A stretch of DNA of 64,000 bases, taken from positions 121,363 to 185,362 of IMG/VR virus record IMGVR_UViG_3300046008_000242; one strand, written 5' to 3'. Under the pieces are notes generated by a model that was given only the letters and a program-made list of their open reading frames with translations, was not told the origin of the DNA and ran no database searches. This stretch comes from a virus (taxonomy: Duplodnaviria; Heunggongvirae; Uroviricota; Caudoviricetes). Every line of letters starts with the position of its first letter. The stretch's first letter is position 1. Below are positions 31,333 to 41,421 of this stretch, in pieces. The position numbers and the translations under genes were made by a program.

Positions 31333-31773
31333 ATGGCTAAGAGATATCCCAAACCAGTTAAATGGACTCCAATGCATCCAGAAAAATATGCTGGAGATCC
31401 AACTACAATCATATTAAGGTCTTCATGGGAAAGACGGTTTTGTAAATGGGCAGACGCGGACCCAAGAGTGCTTAAATGGTCATCAGAATCATTCTGTATT
31501 CCTTATGTATCTCCATTAGATGGTAAAGTCCATAGGTATTTTCCTGATAATTTAATGTCATTTAAAACAAAGGATGGTATTAAAACATATTTGGTTGAAA
31601 TAAAACCATTTTCTCAGGCAAATCCTTCGAAGAGTAAGAGGAGGACTACATTCATCAAAGAAACAGAAGTGTATGCAGTCAATATGAGTAAATGGGAAGC
31701 TGCAGAAAAATGGTGTAAAGCAAGAGGTTATGAATTTATTGTATTAACAGAATACGAATTAGGTATAAAATGA
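31333..31773 (+). CDS. gp4: Head completion nuclease gp4
   Basis: 'HPEKYAGDPT.I..RSSWE..FCKW.D..P.V.KWSSE...YVSPLDGKVHRYFPD'. Confidence 0.9.
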   Translation: MAKRYPKPVKWTPMHPEKYAGDPTTIILRSSWERRFCKWADADPRVLKWSSESFCIPYVSPLDGKVHRYFPDNLMSFKTKDGIKTYLVEIKPFSQANPSKSKRRTTFIKETEVYAVNMSKWEAAEKWCKARGYEFIVLTEYELGIK

Positions 31774-32591
31774 GCGAACAAGATAAAACACCAAAATTAA
31801 AAATTCGGTTGAAGACCCCAAAGGAACAACCAAAAGAAGAACCCAAGCAAGCTCCTGCTCCAAAATTAAAAATTCGGTTGAAGGTTCCTAAACCAAAAGA
31901 AGAACCACCTAAACCAAAAGAAGACCCTACTCCAAAATTAAAGGTTCGGTTGAAGGTCCCAAAGGAAGAACCAAAACCAAAAGAACAACCTAAACCGAGT
32001 GTAACAAAGAAACCAACACCGGAACGTAAAGAACAACAGAGGACAATTAAGGATAAACTTTCTAGAGCGTCTTCGTATGAAATTTCTGAATTAAGAAAAC
32101 AGTCTAAGTCATGGTTCAATTCTGAAGTCCAAAAATTGGCAAAATCGAATGATGCTACCATTAAAGGAACAACAACATTAAAACCAGAAATTGGCGTAAT
32201 GTATTCTTTCTATTACGATGCCAAACTTAAAGATACATTACCTTATTGGGATAAATTTCCATTGGTATTTCCGTTCCGAATCTTACCAGATGGATTTATT
32301 GGTATAAATTTCCATTACGTCCATTACAAAGATAGAATAATACTGTTAGATGAATTACAATCTATTGCTGTTAGTACAAGAACGGATGTTAGTACAAAAT
32401 TGAAACTATCGTATTCTTTATTACAAAAAATGGCACATCATAAGAAATTTCAAAAATGTGTACATAGATATTTGTTCAATCATCTAAGGACTCCGTTAAA
32501 AAAGATACATTCTGATAAATGGATTGTAGCGTGCCTCTTACCAAACGAGATGTTTACAGGAGCAACAGCAAAACAAGTTTGGAGTTATTAA
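31770..32591 (+). CDS. gp2: DNA end protector gp2 with a Lys/Pro-rich repeated N-terminal extension
   Basis: 'MYSFYYDAKLKDTLPYWDKFPLVF...GINFHY'; three PKLK(I/V)RLK repeats. Confidence 0.85.
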   Translation: MSEQDKTPKLKIRLKTPKEQPKEEPKQAPAPKLKIRLKVPKPKEEPPKPKEDPTPKLKVRLKVPKEEPKPKEQPKPSVTKKPTPERKEQQRTIKDKLSRASSYEISELRKQSKSWFNSEVQKLAKSNDATIKGTTTLKPEIGVMYSFYYDAKLKDTLPYWDKFPLVFPFRILPDGFIGINFHYVHYKDRIILLDELQSIAVSTRTDVSTKLKLSYSLLQKMAHHKKFQKCVHRYLFNHLRTPLKKIHSDKWIVACLLPNEMFTGATAKQVWSY

Positions 32592-33203
32592 ATGTCCAAT
32601 AGAAATACATTAGATGAATTCATTTCATTATCGAAGAATGAAGGTCTGAGTAGAGCAAGTCATTACGATGTTGATATCATCACTCCACCAAAAATCTTTA
32701 AGGATCCAGGAAGGAACGTCAAACAAATTGCCGATCCATTAGAAGGGAAATATATGATGTACTGTAAAGCTACATCATTACCTGGAACCAATTTATTGAC
32801 CAATGAAGTTACAACATTTGGCGAAAATAGAGAAATGCCTTATCAACGTTCTTACGATAATCTAAATTTGTCGTTTATGATGGATATTGATTTGAAAATC
32901 AAACGATTCTTTGAGAATTGGATGAATGGTATCATAAATCCTGTTACAAGAGTGCAAGAATATTATGATAATTATATTGCCACAATAACAATAACAATTA
33001 ATGATAATGCGTCTAAATCATCAAGAGAAAGATTGAACAGGACAACAAACGAACGATTCAAATTAACATTATACGAATGTTATCCAAAGACTATTGGAGA
33101 AATGACATTATCGTACGATTCAGAAGGATTTGCTGAATTACCTGTTACAATGAATTACAAGTATTACAAGATAGATCCCATTGAGGATTCATCTAAAAGA
33201 TAA
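32592..33203 (+). CDS. Baseplate/tail-tube initiator (gp54/gp19-like)
   Basis: 'CKATSLPG', 'FENWMNGI', 'YYDNYI..ITI', 'L.ECYPKTIG'. Confidence 0.75.
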   Translation: MSNRNTLDEFISLSKNEGLSRASHYDVDIITPPKIFKDPGRNVKQIADPLEGKYMMYCKATSLPGTNLLTNEVTTFGENREMPYQRSYDNLNLSFMMDIDLKIKRFFENWMNGIINPVTRVQEYYDNYIATITITINDNASKSSRERLNRTTNERFKLTLYECYPKTIGEMTLSYDSEGFAELPVTMNYKYYKIDPIEDSSKR

Positions 33204-33215
33204 CAGGATTTAAAC

Positions 33216-33692
33216 ATGGGAAGATTAAATGATAATTTGACAGAGATTTTCAATCTGGATGAAAAACCTATCGAGAGTAATGTAGTTTCTGTTGAATATA
33301 AAGAATCAACATTACCAATAATAAAAGAAGATTCCACGGAACAAAAAGACAAAGATTTTGAACAAGTTAGAATCAACATGTATGAATTGTTGAATCAAGG
33401 TACAGAATTATTGGAAGACGCAATTCATATAGCAAGAGAATCAGAACAACCAAAATCGTTTGAGGTTGCTGCCACTATAATGAAACAATTAACCGAGATG
33501 AATAGTCAGATACTAAGTCTACATCAAAGAAGACAATCTATAGAAGATAGTGTCAGTAGACGTAAAGATATCGCTCAACCAACCAATGTTCCATCACCAA
33601 CAGTTACGAATAACACTATGTTTGTCGGTACAACAGCCGACCTGAATAATATCATTGAACAAATGGGAATGAAAAATGTTACCAAAAATTAG
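33216..33692 (+). CDS. gp16: Terminase small subunit gp16
   Basis: 'DFEQVR.NMYELL..G...L....ESEQPKSFEVAATIMK...TNNTMFVGTTADL'. Confidence 0.8.
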   Translation: MGRLNDNLTEIFNLDEKPIESNVVSVEYKESTLPIIKEDSTEQKDKDFEQVRINMYELLNQGTELLEDAIHIARESEQPKSFEVAATIMKQLTEMNSQILSLHQRRQSIEDSVSRRKDIAQPTNVPSPTVTNNTMFVGTTADLNNIIEQMGMKNVTKN

Positions 33693-34398
33693 TTTGCCAA
33701 TATACAACGCAATTTTACCATCAACAGAAGAAACCGTTAAATTCCATCCTTTTTCAGTCAAAGAAGAAAAACATCTATTGATTGCTCAACAATCTGAAGA
33801 CGAAAATGTTATGTTGGATACAATGGAATTGGTTGTATCTAATTGTCTAGTGTCAGAAGTGGATGTATCTAAATTAGCATTTTTTGATATACAATACTTG
33901 TTCTTACAGATTAGAGCTAAGAGTGTCGGCGAAATCTCGGATTTAATTTTTGCTTGTGATGTATGTGAAGATGAGAATGCTAGAGTTAAAGTGTCATTCA
34001 ATCTAACAAAGATTCAAGTTGTAAAGCATGATAATCATACAAAACGTATACCATTATTCGATGATGTCGGTATCGTAATGAAATATCCCAAATTTGATAT
34101 TCTAAAGGCATTCAATAATGTGGAAACGGATGATTATCAATTATCTTTGGATATGGTAATTGATTCTATTGATTATATCTACGAGGAATCTGAGATCCAC
34201 AGACAAGAAGGATTATCTGATGAAAAATGGAAGGCGGAATTGACAGATTTTGTGGAAGGATTGACTGATGATATGTTATCAAAAATCTTAGTGTTTTTTG
34301 AGACCATGCCTAAACTGACACAAAAGGTGAAATATACATGTCCAAAATGTGGATTGGTTCATGATAAGATTATGGAAGGTATTGAACATTTTTTTTAA
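33676..34398 (+). CDS. gp26: Baseplate hub assembly protein gp26
   Basis: 'MLPKISLP.Y...LPST...VKFHPF.VKEEK.LLIAQQS', 'FLQIRAKSVGE', 'FFETMPKL...CPKCG'. Confidence 0.9.
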   Translation: MLPKISLPIYNAILPSTEETVKFHPFSVKEEKHLLIAQQSEDENVMLDTMELVVSNCLVSEVDVSKLAFFDIQYLFLQIRAKSVGEISDLIFACDVCEDENARVKVSFNLTKIQVVKHDNHTKRIPLFDDVGIVMKYPKFDILKAFNNVETDDYQLSLDMVIDSIDYIYEESEIHRQEGLSDEKWKAELTDFVEGLTDDMLSKILVFFETMPKLTQKVKYTCPKCGLVHDKIMEGIEHFF

Positions 34399-34577
34399 TG
34401 GCTCTATGTCATGACAATTTGATGAATCATTATAAGATGAATTTTTCTTTAATGCAGCATCACGATTATAATCTAAATGACATAGAGAGTATGTTACCAT
34501 TTGAACGTGAAGTGTACGTATCTTTATTAATGAATCATCTAAAAGAAGAAGAAGAACGAATTAAAAGGAAGAAATAA
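34398..34577 (+). CDS. gp51: Baseplate hub assembly catalyst gp51 (59 aa)
   Basis: Manual translation 'MNFSLMQHHDYNLNDIESMLPFEREVYVSLL'; below the ORF-track cutoff. Confidence 0.85.
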   Translation: MALCHDNLMNHYKMNFSLMQHHDYNLNDIESMLPFEREVYVSLLMNHLKEEEERIKRKK

Positions 34578-37500
34578 TGGCAAGTATAGATTCAATACTA
34601 AAGAGACAATTAGAACATCTAAGTTCATTGGATAACAAAACGACAACCATATCCGACGCAATACAATATATTGAAATAACATTAAATGAGACCAATAGAT
34701 TAACAAATAGATCTAACACGGAATCGGCTTATGAAGAAAATTTCATTAGACAGAAAGAAATGAACAATTCGTTGAAGATAATCGAATTGTTATCTGATAT
34801 AAAAAACAATTCTTCATTAAAATCAACAATTAAAGATACACCAACACCCAATGAACCACCAAAATCAACACCACAAAAGACTCCAGACAAATATGATGTT
34901 GGTTCAACTGGTGGGATAGGTTCTTTAATTAAGAAGTCATCGGCTGGTAACTTACTATCATTAAAACAATTTGCCACAAATGTGATGGGTGTCGACGAGA
35001 AATCCAAACTTGGTAAATATCTTTCCGATAGAGAATCATTTAAACAATACGCTAAACAAGCCAAAAAATTAAACCCAAATTATGATGTTAAAGAAGACCC
35101 TAGATATAAAGAATTTAAAACATCTTCTGCCATCAAGAAACTTGGAACTGGCGGCTTATCATTAGGTAGTAATAAGATAATCCAAGAAGTTGTTGGTAAT
35201 CTTGGATTAAAAGATACAATGGAGGGATATAATCGCAACAAAGAGATGCACCAAGAATATGCATCTAAGGTCATAGAACAAAATCCAGAATTGTTAGAAG
35301 GTAAAGATCGTTCAGATGTTGAAAAGGAACTAATCAAAGAATCAAAATCATTAACAGAAATGAAACGTTCTTATAATGATTTGTTTGATAAATTATCTGC
35401 GTATAAAGACATATCCCCTAACGCAGAAACTGAAGAATCGTTTAAGTTATTATCTGATGAATTATCTAAATTAAGAGATAACATACAATCTAAAGATAAA
35501 TTGTTTATACAACAAGAAATTCCATCTGTTACTCCAGAACCACAAAAAGAAGATAAATTTCCAAAAGTAAAACAAGAACCCATTATTATCCAACAACAAA
35601 TAGAACATCTATCTGATACAATAAAAGAATCGACTGATAAATCAAATAAAATTTCAACAGATGTATCTGAATCCCAACAAGAAGATAATCTACAGAAGAT
35701 AAAAACATTTAATGTATTAACCAACCAATTAGATGTCCAAACTAAAATCTATGAGATATTGAAAAAGGGTAAATTTGGGGTTGGTGATTCGAAAGATGAG
35801 GATGAAGACTCTTCATTATTTGGTGGATTGTTTGGTGGTAAAAAACCTAAAGGTAAACCAAAATCTCCATTATCAAAAAGATTACCAAAGAAATTTGGTG
35901 CTGGTAAAAACGCGGTTACAGAAGCAGTTGAAAAAGTAGGTCCAATCAGATCCATGGCAAGTAAAGCATCTTCTGCCATTAAAGGAACATCAATTGGTAA
36001 ATTTGCTTCTAACGTAGTCAACACTGTAAAGAGTTCAACTGGTGTTGGTAAAATAGGAGGTGCTCTTAAATCTGTTGGTACTAAAGTTATCGGAGGTGTT
36101 GGCAATAAATTGAAAGGAAGTATGGCTTCTACCATAGGAACTTCTATAGCAAAACGATTACCGACAGCAATGGGAGAAGTGTTTGGTAAATCTATTCCTA
36201 TTATCGGAGCGGCTCTAGGTGTCGGTGAAGGTATCAGTAGATTGATGAAAGGAGACGTAGCAGGAGCAGGATTGGCTGCTGTTTCTGGATTGGGTTCAGC
36301 AGCCACCGCTATACCAGCCACTGTAGCATTATTGGCAAACGATGTTTATGAAGATGTTTATGGTATTTCTCCGTTATCGGATCCGATGGTAGGAGATAGA
36401 ATGACCGAAATCAAAACATCTGTTGAGGAACAAGTCCAGAAATTCTTTACAAGTAAAGCAGAAGAACCAGAAAAACCTAAATCTGATGATTCTACTGACA
36501 CTTCAAAAATTCCTAAGGTTACGCCAGAAGAACCAGAAAAACAAAGTCTTATGTCTTCTATACCAGAGTTTAAGATGCCAGAAGTTGATTTATCTTCTTT
36601 AGGTAAAGCGGCGCATGCTGCAATAACATCTGGTGGTAATGTATCCCATTTTGCCAAAAGTATGGATGTCAAGGGTGGTGCTGTTGTAGATACTATTTCC
36701 AGTAAGATTACAGATATTGCTAAATCCGAATTGGGTGTTGATACCTCTAACTTCTCACCAGAAAATAAAGAGTTGGCTAAAATTTATGACTCTTATAATA
36801 AACAAAAAGAATCATCAGAACAACAACAATCTCTAATTGAACATATAACACAAGCACACGATGTTGGCAAGAAGATTGTAACTAAGGCAATGGAAACAGA
36901 TGGATTATCTGCTGCAATGAAAATACCAGTACCCAAGGTTGCAGTTAAGGCTATCGATACTTCGGCGGATGTAATCAGAAGAATTGCTTCTAAGAAGATA
37001 CCTTCTATGATGGGTAAGGTGGTCGGTAAATCTATTCCGTTCTTAGGTGCCGCATTAGGTGTTGGTGAGGGTGAGGGTATTAGTAGATTGGTTGATGGGG
37101 ATATTGCTGGAGCAGGATTAGCTGCTGCATCTGGATTTGGTTCTGCTGTAACTGCTGTACCATTATCTGTTGCTCTGATGGCAAAAGATATCTATAAAGA
37201 TGTATATCAAGTTGCTCCAGAAAATGACCCTATGGTCGAAGAACGTATGATACATCTAAAAGATATCGTTGGAGAAGAAGTTAAGACATTTCTTAATAAG
37301 GCTGCATCTGGATTTTCTAACAAACCCGTAGATGTTTCAAAACCAGAAAATTCTGTTTCCATAAACGGAGAACCATTATCTACAACACCAGTTGTATATC
37401 CAAATATATCATCTTCTGTTACTCCAGAATCTTTAACAAATGTGTCTGCTCCTAGTAACCCCGTAGATGTTTCTGGTGTATCAAAGATGGTTCCAGAAAA

Positions 37501-37759
37501 TACATTATATCAACCGTTATCCAAGATGCCAGAGAAACCAAAAAGAGAAACAGCCAATATAATGTATGAAACTTCCGTCAAAACTGAGACGGCAAAATCA
37601 GAATTGAATAGACAATCAAATGAACCTTCAGGAAATAACATAGTGAATGCTCCAACAAATGTCAATAACAATTCCACAACAGTACAATCAAAAACTGTTA
37701 AGAATAATGATAGGACTGTGATGGATTATTTCCAAAATAGATTTAACTTCAACGGATAA
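34577..37759 (+). CDS. gp29-like tape-measure/hub protein with internal duplication
   Basis: 1060 aa after gp51; Gly/Ala-rich 'GKSIP..GAALGVGE..SRL..GD.AGAGLAA.SG.GSA' block occurs twice. Confidence 0.7.
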   Translation: MASIDSILKRQLEHLSSLDNKTTTISDAIQYIEITLNETNRLTNRSNTESAYEENFIRQKEMNNSLKIIELLSDIKNNSSLKSTIKDTPTPNEPPKSTPQKTPDKYDVGSTGGIGSLIKKSSAGNLLSLKQFATNVMGVDEKSKLGKYLSDRESFKQYAKQAKKLNPNYDVKEDPRYKEFKTSSAIKKLGTGGLSLGSNKIIQEVVGNLGLKDTMEGYNRNKEMHQEYASKVIEQNPELLEGKDRSDVEKELIKESKSLTEMKRSYNDLFDKLSAYKDISPNAETEESFKLLSDELSKLRDNIQSKDKLFIQQEIPSVTPEPQKEDKFPKVKQEPIIIQQQIEHLSDTIKESTDKSNKISTDVSESQQEDNLQKIKTFNVLTNQLDVQTKIYEILKKGKFGVGDSKDEDEDSSLFGGLFGGKKPKGKPKSPLSKRLPKKFGAGKNAVTEAVEKVGPIRSMASKASSAIKGTSIGKFASNVVNTVKSSTGVGKIGGALKSVGTKVIGGVGNKLKGSMASTIGTSIAKRLPTAMGEVFGKSIPIIGAALGVGEGISRLMKGDVAGAGLAAVSGLGSAATAIPATVALLANDVYEDVYGISPLSDPMVGDRMTEIKTSVEEQVQKFFTSKAEEPEKPKSDDSTDTSKIPKVTPEEPEKQSLMSSIPEFKMPEVDLSSLGKAAHAAITSGGNVSHFAKSMDVKGGAVVDTISSKITDIAKSELGVDTSNFSPENKELAKIYDSYNKQKESSEQQQSLIEHITQAHDVGKKIVTKAMETDGLSAAMKIPVPKVAVKAIDTSADVIRRIASKKIPSMMGKVVGKSIPFLGAALGVGEGEGISRLVDGDIAGAGLAAASGFGSAVTAVPLSVALMAKDIYKDVYQVAPENDPMVEERMIHLKDIVGEEVKTFLNKAASGFSNKPVDVSKPENSVSINGEPLSTTPVVYPNISSSVTPESLTNVSAPSNPVDVSGVSKMVPENTLYQPLSKMPEKPKRETANIMYETSVKTETAKSELNRQSNEPSGNNIVNAPTNVNNNSTTVQSKTVKNNDRTVMDYFQNRFNFNG

Positions 37760-37763
37760 TTAT

Positions 37764-38237
37764 ATGAAATCAGGACAAACCATATTTTTCAAAGAATCAA
37801 ATAATTGGTTAATCAATAAAATAATCAAATTTTGTACAAATTCTGATTACATACATGTTGGTATTGTTTATGGAGACGGATTGTATATTATTGAATCTCA
37901 AATTGGGTCCAATAGAAATATAAATCCAATGAACGATTATAATGGTAGAAAGTATATTGTATTGGATACAACACATTTATGGGAACAAAATAAACAAGAT
38001 ATTTTACAAACCGTGTCTAAAATAAAATACGGATATTTTGATTTGTTTGCTGTTGGTATGAAGAATTTACTAGGTAGAATTGGTATTGATATTAAAGTGA
38101 GAGATTACGCAGGAGAAATATGTTCAGAATACGTATCCAAATGTTTTAAATTACCAGAAACTCAAATCTCCCCAGTTGAATTATTTGACATGTTGATAGA
38201 TATGAAGATAAACATAATTGACGATAACGATACGTAA
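37764..38237 (+). CDS. Permuted papain-like (YiiX/YaeF, NlpC/P60) enzyme
   Basis: 'YIHVGIV' near the N-terminus, 'YGYFDL', 'ICSEYV...ISPVEL' at the C-terminus. Confidence 0.75.
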   Translation: MKSGQTIFFKESNNWLINKIIKFCTNSDYIHVGIVYGDGLYIIESQIGSNRNINPMNDYNGRKYIVLDTTHLWEQNKQDILQTVSKIKYGYFDLFAVGMKNLLGRIGIDIKVRDYAGEICSEYVSKCFKLPETQISPVELFDMLIDMKINIIDDNDT

Positions 38238-38246
38238 ATTTTATCC

Positions 38247-38287
38247 AATAAAAATCCCAGAGCATTTAGACTCTGGGATTTTTATTT
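38247..38287. terminator. Bidirectional terminator
   Basis: AATAAAAATCCCAGAG-catttaga-CTCTGGGATTTTTATT. Confidence 0.8.
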
Positions 38288-38308
38288 AGAACAATAATTG
38301 TTCCAGCA

Positions 38309-38545
38309 TTATGCTTTACGTTTTAACAATTCAGTTAAATCATCATTCAAAGCCTTGGCAAGTTTGTAATATGATTTTGAATCAACAGAATTTGATGGAT
38401 CCAATTTAACAAGATTCAACGATAATCGTTTGACACTAGAAATTAAATCACCATCCGATTTACCAGCTGCTTCTTGTAAGTTATCAAGATCGACATCTTT
38501 AGTCAATCCTTCCATAATTTCTCTATACTCTAAAAATGATTTCAT
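38309..38545 (-). CDS. Hypothetical late protein
   Basis: 78 aa; TATAAATA late promoter at 38575-38582 (-). Confidence 0.6.
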   Translation of the reverse strand: MKSFLEYREIMEGLTKDVDLDNLQEAAGKSDGDLISSVKRLSLNLVKLDPSNSVDSKSYYKLAKALNDDLTELLKRKA

Positions 38546-38573
38546 GTTTGTTTCCTTTAATGTTTGAATACAT

Positions 38574-39344
38574 TTATTTATATACTCTATCGTCGAACCG
38601 ATTCAATACATCAATAAATTCTTCTGGTAATCTACTAAGAGTTTCCGTTAAGATGTATTTTGGGATATCCTTATAATATGCTTCTGCTATACCACCTAAG
38701 ATAGCACATAATGTATCCGTATCTCCACCAAGACTAACTCCGTTTCTAATTGCATCCTCGAAACTATTTGATTCCAAAAATGCTATGATTGCTTCTGGAA
38801 CCGTTCTCTGACAAGTTACATTGAATCTATATGTTGGTCTGATTTCATCTAATGTTCTATCCAAATCATATCCAAAATACTTTACAATTTCGTGTTTGAT
38901 TTGTTCTTTAGAATAATCTCTCCTAGCCAACAGAATTGCCAATGCTGTAGCTTGAGCACCTTTAATACCTTCTGGATGATTATGTGTAATTTCAGCGGAA
39001 CGTTTTGATTCAAATAACACTTCATCAATAGTGTTATATAGGAATCCGATTGAAGAAACTCTCATGGCAGAACCATTACCAAAACTGTTATATGGTTCAA
39101 TATCATCCGAAAATAACCATTGTTTAAACATACCACCGTATCCTGCTTCAGGATAATTTCTTCCATACTTCTTTACAGTTTCAATAAGATTATCACCACT
39201 GAGTATAGAATCTGCCACAGCGATTGTTAATACAGTGTCATCCGTGTAAATTGAATCTTCATTGAATAATTCAAATTCTTTTTGTTTTACGTTATCAAAT
39301 TCAAACACAGAACCGATAACATCTCCAATTATAGCACCTATCAT
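38574..39344 (-). CDS. ADP-ribosylglycohydrolase (DraG/ARH family)
   Basis: 'GAIIGDVIGSVFE', 'YTDDTVLT', 'NSFGNGSAMR', 'HNHPEG', 'GGDTDT'. Confidence 0.92.
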   Translation of the reverse strand: MIGAIIGDVIGSVFEFDNVKQKEFELFNEDSIYTDDTVLTIAVADSILSGDNLIETVKKYGRNYPEAGYGGMFKQWLFSDDIEPYNSFGNGSAMRVSSIGFLYNTIDEVLFESKRSAEITHNHPEGIKGAQATALAILLARRDYSKEQIKHEIVKYFGYDLDRTLDEIRPTYRFNVTCQRTVPEAIIAFLESNSFEDAIRNGVSLGGDTDTLCAILGGIAEAYYKDIPKYILTETLSRLPEEFIDVLNRFDDRVYK

Positions 39345-39622
39345 AATGTTTCCTCATTTAACCAAGATTTAATCTGTTCAACCGATACAGATTGTTTTAC
39401 AATTTTACTGTTCATTCTGATATATTCTTTCATATTATAATCACATATACCTAAAGAACCATACACTCTAGACATATCAATACCTTTTGGTGGATTTCTT
39501 AATTCAATTTGTACATATACATGAGATTTATGTACAAAATTATCCAAGACGTATTGGACATCGCGTTTTTCAAATTCATTTAATGCTTGGAATTTACGTT
39601 TAGTTGTTAGATAGGTTGCCAT
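39341..39622 (-). CDS. Hypothetical protein
   Basis: 93 aa; driven by the TTTCGA-family promoter at 39654-39681. Confidence 0.6.
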   Translation of the reverse strand: MATYLTTKRKFQALNEFEKRDVQYVLDNFVHKSHVYVQIELRNPPKGIDMSRVYGSLGICDYNMKEYIRMNSKIVKQSVSVEQIKSWLNEETL

Positions 39623-39838
39623 TAGATTATCCTCTGTAAATATATTGATTTCTATTATAAAGGTTATCTAGAATATCGAAAGATAAATTATACATGGATA
39701 ATTGTTGTTTTAATGGTCGTTTAATACACACTGTAGATATGGTTGGTATACAAAAGATATATTTGAAATACAACATTTATATCCAAATTTTATCCATAAA
39801 AAATCTCATTTAGAGTTTTAATCTAAATGAGATTATTA

Positions 39839-40696
39839 TTAAGAATTCAATAATTTATTTGATAATGAACGTTGTACAATATATCCTAAACCAAGGAACA
39901 TCACCAGAGAAGATGGTTCTGGAATTTCAATGGTGTCTCCAGTAACATGAGCGGTTCCGCCTAACAAATAACTATCTTCTTTCGCCGAATTATTGATATG
40001 GAAAGATGATGTGAAATGTAAATCTGCATCATTCATCAATGAATTTGTATCAAAGTATTTCATTGCCGTCCCAGAAATTACATCTAAGAATCCAGAACCA
40101 GAACCATAAATCGCAAATGGATTAAAAATGTCATACCCTGTACCAACCAATAATCCGTTACTTTTCAATTTCAAAAAACTGATACCATCAGATGCAGAAG
40201 CTAATGTTGGTGCATTTTCAGTGAAATCTGGTGTTGGATCGACTAGAAATTCAACAGTACCATTACCAAATGTATACGAATATTTTAATGAATTGATGGT
40301 AGGAAAAAATGAACGTTTATCTCCAGAACCAATTAAAAATGAATTGTTAATGTTATCAACGGAAGTTCCATTCCAAACTTGTTCATATGTTTTAAAATAT
40401 GTATTAACACCATCATATTCTACACTGTTTGAACTAGAAGATAACATTTGATATGAGAATGTGTATGTCAATTCACACGCTTGACAAAATTCAGTTTGAA
40501 ATCTACCATTCAATTTATTCACTTCACCATAACCAATAATCGTATCGCCTACTGATTTAGATGTAGTCTCAAACAATCCACCATCCATCGTCAAATCTGA
40601 ACCATCCGTAGGTTCCCAATATACACCATTAACTGTAGTTGCCGAAGCGAAATTAATGGAACTGATAATCATCAAATATAATAACAATTTTTTCAT
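39839..40696 (-). CDS. PEP-CTERM (exosortase-sorted) surface protein with signal peptide
   Basis: Start MKKLLLYLMIISSINFASA (RBS CAGGAG); C-terminal 'IEIPEPSSLVMFLGLGYIVQR'; TATAAATA at 40722-40729. Confidence 0.75.
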   Translation of the reverse strand: MKKLLLYLMIISSINFASATTVNGVYWEPTDGSDLTMDGGLFETTSKSVGDTIIGYGEVNKLNGRFQTEFCQACELTYTFSYQMLSSSSNSVEYDGVNTYFKTYEQVWNGTSVDNINNSFLIGSGDKRSFFPTINSLKYSYTFGNGTVEFLVDPTPDFTENAPTLASASDGISFLKLKSNGLLVGTGYDIFNPFAIYGSGSGFLDVISGTAMKYFDTNSLMNDADLHFTSSFHINNSAKEDSYLLGGTAHVTGDTIEIPEPSSLVMFLGLGYIVQRSLSNKLLNS

Positions 40697-40758
40697 TTTA
40701 TTCTCCTGTTTGTGTTGTAGATATTTATAAAATGGAAACGAGTGATTCAATATCCATT

Positions 40759-41304
40759 TTAACCGTAATTAGCAAATTCACCAAAATACTTATCAGCTGC
40801 TCGTTTATAAGATTCATGAGCACCTTGTGGTGTATCGAATAATCCTAGATAAATTTGTTTGCCATTGTATTTAATCATAGATTGATATTTTCCAGACTTC
40901 TTATGGAAGAATGAACCTTTAAGACCAGTCGACAGATTACCGAAAGAACGACTATTTTGAGAATTTTGTGTAGGTGTTGCTTCTCTTAGATTAACCAATC
41001 TGTTATCTAATCTGTTACAATTAATATGGTCAATTGTTTTTGGTTCAACTTCGTAACACATTTTGTAAATAATTCTATGTGCATATAACACCGCAGCATT
41101 TATCCCAACTTTCCAATATTCATTTGTTGAATCGAAACTTCCTGCTTCTTTACCAGCGTACTTACTATTGAACACTTTACAACCAAGGTCTGTATTAAAA
41201 TGGTCTGCTGGTCTAATCTTCCATGTTAATGTACCTTTAGATGGATTGCAGATAAAACATTCGTTTAAAAATTCAACTGATGGCAATTCATTAATTTTAA
41301 TCAT
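40759..41304 (-). mobile_element. Free-standing HNH homing endonuclease with AP2-like DNA-binding domain
   Basis: 'YAHRII', 'IDHINCNRLDNRLVNLREAT..QNSQN', 'GKQIYLGLFDTPQ.AH..Y..AA..YFGEFA'. Confidence 0.85.
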
Positions 41305-41421
41305 ATTTAAAATCCTATAACATTAAATTCGTACAACATAATCTTTTAAAAGAAAATTCTATGATTTCTTACGTAAACAAAATGGAGAACAGAATTAACT
41401 GTTCTCCATTTTTAATTTGTA

